From the NCBI GenBank assembly GCA_051294905.1, contig CM119381.1, positions 26,040,001 to 26,104,000 on the forward strand: a DNA stretch of 64,000 bases, in the 5' to 3' direction. The translations under genes and the position numbers were made by a program. Source of the stretch: Botryllus schlosseri. Its lineage: Eukaryota. The notes under the pieces are model-generated. The model saw only the letters and a list, made by a program, of their open reading frames with translations, was not told where the DNA came from and made no database searches. This document shows, piece after piece, positions 60,001-64,000 of the stretch (position 1 is the first letter of the stretch; each line of letters opens with the position of its first letter).

Positions 60001-62439
60001 ACATATGTCAAATTAAGAGGTAGACAGCTTGCCCTTGGGATTTAAAAATTCATGAATTTGTCGGTCTCAACCAAAAGAAAAGGGAAATTCTAGTTTTTAA
60101 CGTTACTACCGAAATCACTGCTCATGAATAATGATTCACACTTTTCAGCTCAGTCATCTTTCTTGTTTGGTGACCACAAAGTCTTACTGGAGTTGATAGC
60201 CTTTTGGGGCATGGAATTCTTATCGCTATCACAATAATCCGTCTGACATGCATTGTGACCTGCCCTGTGCCCATGCTGGATATCTACAGCATTAATTCAT
60301 AACAAAAGCATTGTAACCACGTGTATATAATAAACTGTTACCACATATGACTTGATGCAATACTGATTTGTGTTTTTGATGATTTTATGCCTTTAGAGAC
60401 CTTCCAATGTGTTGTAGATATCAGTAATGCTTATTCCATGCACATCATCTCACAATTGGTGTCTTTAAACTGATTCTTTGTGATGAATGGTAGGGAATTT
60501 ATCATGACATATTACTACTCTTCCTGAGGTGCCAAGAATGCATTTTGCAATTGTCAATCTTGCGTTCCTCTACGTTAGAATACATTGCCTATAAGTCAAT
60601 GTTCTAGGTTATGTTTTATAGTAGCCTACTCTATTGTAGGATAAACAACAGAACAATTTCATGGATGATATTGGACGATGTCGGGTTTAACTTAAGCTGT
60701 TTTGTAGACAGCGATGTAGCTGAAAAGACCGAGGTGCTATGCTGCATTTTCAAGAATTTATGTACCATGCAAGAAAACAACCGACAAACTCTAGTGAAAA
60801 TGGGAATTATTCCGACGCTCATGAAAGTTATGGAAACTTTTATTGGTGAGAAAACTATATCTTCCTAATCTTGCCCTGATAAATGATCAATTGGTTTCAA
60901 GCCCCTTCAAAATTTATGAAACCTGCTATTTGTCGTAGTCACAATCAGCGTGTTATGATGAATCAGTAAAAGCTCGAAGTTTCCTGTAGACATTACTTCT
61001 ACAAAGCTTGTGTATCATATTCTTTTTGTCAAGACACGAGTAGTCTGTTATGATCTCAGGGATATACGATTTGAGATCAATCAAACTACCACCTACTAGC
61101 AGTTGCATTATTTATCCATACCGCTTGTCCAAGCTACTTATGCTCTGAGAAAATCTGAGCCCTTCGAAAATTGATCACATTGATCAACACTATCCAAGGG
61201 TGTTTGTATAATGTATATACAATTGACATCCTTGAGATTACTTGCCTCTGGCTACAATGTTGCACTGTTCACGAAGGCATTTTCGTCTGTCTCTGTTTGA
61301 CTCAAAATAATTTGAATTCCTGGGCCATCTTATGCTCATCCATTTTCTTTGTATTTACGATCGATAAATCGTATCACATTTCTTTCTGTGTAATATTTAA
61401 ACTGGCAGAATTCTAATATGCTGACTGAAAAGCAAGTGAAATCTTTAAGAAAACGCAGCTGTTGTCCGGGAATGCTGCAGTACGTTCCGGGCCCTAACAC
61501 TGGACGACGATGTCCGGGTGGAGTTCGGACAATTTCACGAGCACGCAAAGATGATAGTTACTGACCACGATGGGCTGGAAAGATTTGTCAGCGTTTTCAA
61601 AGGTCCGTTATAGTAATTAGTCAGTTATTATATGTGTATTGGTAATATTATCCTTCAAATGAATAGCAAGTATACTGCGCGATGGAATGTCATGTATTTT
61701 ATTGCCAAGACAAGATGTTTCCTCCGTTTTTGGATTAACAATTAACAGCCTGCCTACAATCTCTATAATAATTATAATCTCATCTCATATTTTTGGTGAA
61801 GGATCTTCTTATTATTGACATATGTGACATATAAGTCTACCGTTCCATATCCAACACCCAAGACTTGTATTGAGCTTGAGCGATCTCTTTGCCCGATTGT
61901 GCGAAATTCCATGCCAGTGACGTCATATTTGGTGATACAATTGTTGATATACAATGTTCCTTCCGATTCTCTACTAGTTATTGACGATTACCCCTGGCGA
62001 GTGTCAGCCGAAAATATTCGTTTTTCATTTCAATTTGAATATACTATTCAATTATATATTGAACTTCTGTACCTCCAAGAAGCTCTTCAAAACTTGCTTT
62101 ATGCATTATTATTTGAAATGTTATGATATATCTACCAAATTTTTCTGCATGCAAGAGTTACTTACGAATTTACGATCAACGCTGTATAAACCAAGGATGG
62201 GAAATATATATAACTATCATTATGGATGAGCCAGTTTCAGATGAAAAGGCTCATATTTTGAATTAGTTAATCAGGATCAATGTTTTATTACAGAGCATTA
62301 TTCCGACCCTGTTTTGGCAAAAGAAATCTCGTCAACTTTGTCCCGGGTCATGGTACGGAATGAATATTGTCAAGAATTTGTTGATATGGGAGGATTCGAT
62401 GCATTGCGTAAATCGGTATCAGCACATACGGCAGTTATG
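57023..62439 (+). CDS. ARMC6: Armadillo repeat-containing 6, exons 1-7 (307 aa; continues downstream)
   Basis: Exons 57023-57154, 58021-58135, 58783-58929, 59013-59102, 60708-60845, 61450-61602, 62294-62439, phase-consistent. Motifs [95 protein letters not shown]. Confidence 0.92.
59322..59725. mobile_element. hAT MITE, 404 bp, in an ARMC6 intron
   Basis: TIR CAGTGATCCCCAAAC / GTTTGGGAACCACTG; perfect TSD CTCTAAAT. Confidence 0.9.
61931..62090 (+). repeat. Copy of the hammerhead-like ~160-bp repeat in an ARMC6 intron
   Basis: TTACCCCTGGCGAGTGTCAGCCGAAAATATTCG; aligns with 27112-27275. Confidence 0.8.
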
Positions 62440-62954
62440 GTAAGTCAGCTGTTTGTTTGTCTTTATTCAACATAACATGACAATATCATAGTAGGGCGAT
62501 CTTTGTACTGCCTGAATTAAGTTGCAATGTTCCAAGTCACGCAGTACGAAAAACATTATCTCATCTTTAGTCGCTACATATATTTTCACACATGTAAACA
62601 TCCATATTGCTTAATGTAATTGCATTTGTTAGCATTTGTCACATAAGTAAGAATGGGTACCATTGAGCATTTGTTGTGTGCTGTCAAGCATTTAGAACGG
62701 CTAATCGTTGGCAATGTGATAGGGGAAGTAAAAGTCGGTATACCGGTCATGCAATGAGCGTTCTTCACGAGGCATCAAAGTTTTAAAATGACTGAACACT
62801 GACGATATGACACTAACAATGCAATTTCCTGAATGGATCTAGTGGGAAGTTATTAAACGTCTTTAGTGACAGTTGCTACCGTTTCATGTAATATTATTGT
62901 CATGAGTTTGTTTGTCATTTCTGTTCATTTCTTGAAGTGTTGAGGAGGATTGTT

Positions 62955-63375
62955 AGGGTGACTTGACTCAGTCAATTTCTGTATTAATTCGACTTGTACT
63001 TGAGTAATTTCGCATGACCAAGTCATATGACTTGACAAATTCTATGTTACTCATTCAAGTCTCGCATTCGTATATCAGGACTGATAATTAAAAAATCGGC
63101 CCAGAAACTGTCTTTTATCTGTTTGAAAAAACTGGTGTAAAGTGAGAAAAATGAGTAGGCCTATATTATGAATCCAAGACCTCCGATTCCACCCAAAAAT
63201 GTTACAGAAGTGACTTGAATCTGACTTGAACACGATGCTGAACAGGTAACTCCATGACTCGGACTCGAGTCTTAACACTATGGCTAATTGAAAATGACTT
63301 GACTTGACTCGAGTCAAAACTATAGAAGTCAAATTGACTTGTGACTCGGAACCTTGGGACTTGGTTACAATCCTG
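62955..63375. mobile_element. Reverse copy of the GACTCGAGTC-rich MITE
   Basis: Interior is the reverse complement of 17478-17988; end TTGGTTACAATCCTG. Confidence 0.75.
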
Positions 63376-64000
63376 TTGCATGCCACGATTCTATTTGTTG
63401 AAGATACATTTGTGACGTCACATTTAACAACGATCTCAGTTATGGGTCTAATTTTGGACGGATTTGTCTGGTAAACTTGATGTACTTTGGAAATGATTCC
63501 GCTCCCCCAGATACCAACAAATTAACGACTAAATCCTGTTTTGTTGCGTGTTATATTTTAGTATCGGTCATTTTTATTGTTGTCATAAGAAGATAGTGCA
63601 TTGTACTAACGGACTTCATGAAAATATCTTCAGTACACAGACGGTTCTTCAAAGTATTGCGGATTGATTTTTTTTCGCACGGTCTGAATTTACTCATAGA
63701 GAAGCAGACGCATATTATAGAATTATAGCATACTGTGTCTTATACGAGGATAAACAATGCAATAATTACATAATATCTTCTGTCGATTACATATTTTTTT
63801 AATAAGTGATAAGATAAGGCTTTTTCAATGATACGAAATTATACAGAATACAGCTTTTAATGGTACAGTCAGTCAGTACAGAAATACAACTAAAATCAAG
63901 TTCCGTCTATATCAACATGAGAATGGCAATGTCTGTTCCAAGCTTGAGTCGTTTCGCACCACACAGTTCTGTAGAATTTTTAGAAAATAACAGAAGCTAG

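Overview
AT-rich eukaryotic (metazoan) genomic DNA. The compact GT-AG introns, chordate-like genes and dense MITEs suggest an invertebrate chordate, probably an ascidian (inference). Layout: (i) 1-15 kb: fragments of a minus-strand membrane-protein gene in a field of MITEs and decayed transposon remnants. (ii) 15.5-34.7 kb: a 20-exon minus-strand MTUS1/MTUS2/CCDC69-family coiled-coil gene, which I reconstructed by hand (~887 aa). Its N-terminal half is built from tandemly duplicated phase-1 exons carrying N-x-T-F motifs. (iii) 36.3-56.0 kb: seven consecutive genes with uninterrupted CDSs (MANBAL, PRKRIP1, CDC23, MIOS, COLGALT, FA2H, SIAE). Their vertebrate orthologues are generally multi-exon, and each has a splice-acceptor-like AG just upstream of the ATG, consistent with SL trans-splicing or operons. 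(iv) 57-64 kb: the first seven exons of ARMC6. Transposons with readable TIRs and TSDs include hAT, pogo, Mutator/foldback and Kolobok-like types. A dispersed ~160-bp repeat has a consensus resembling a minimal Penelope-type hammerhead ribozyme. All family assignments come from recalled sequence similarity, not database searches.
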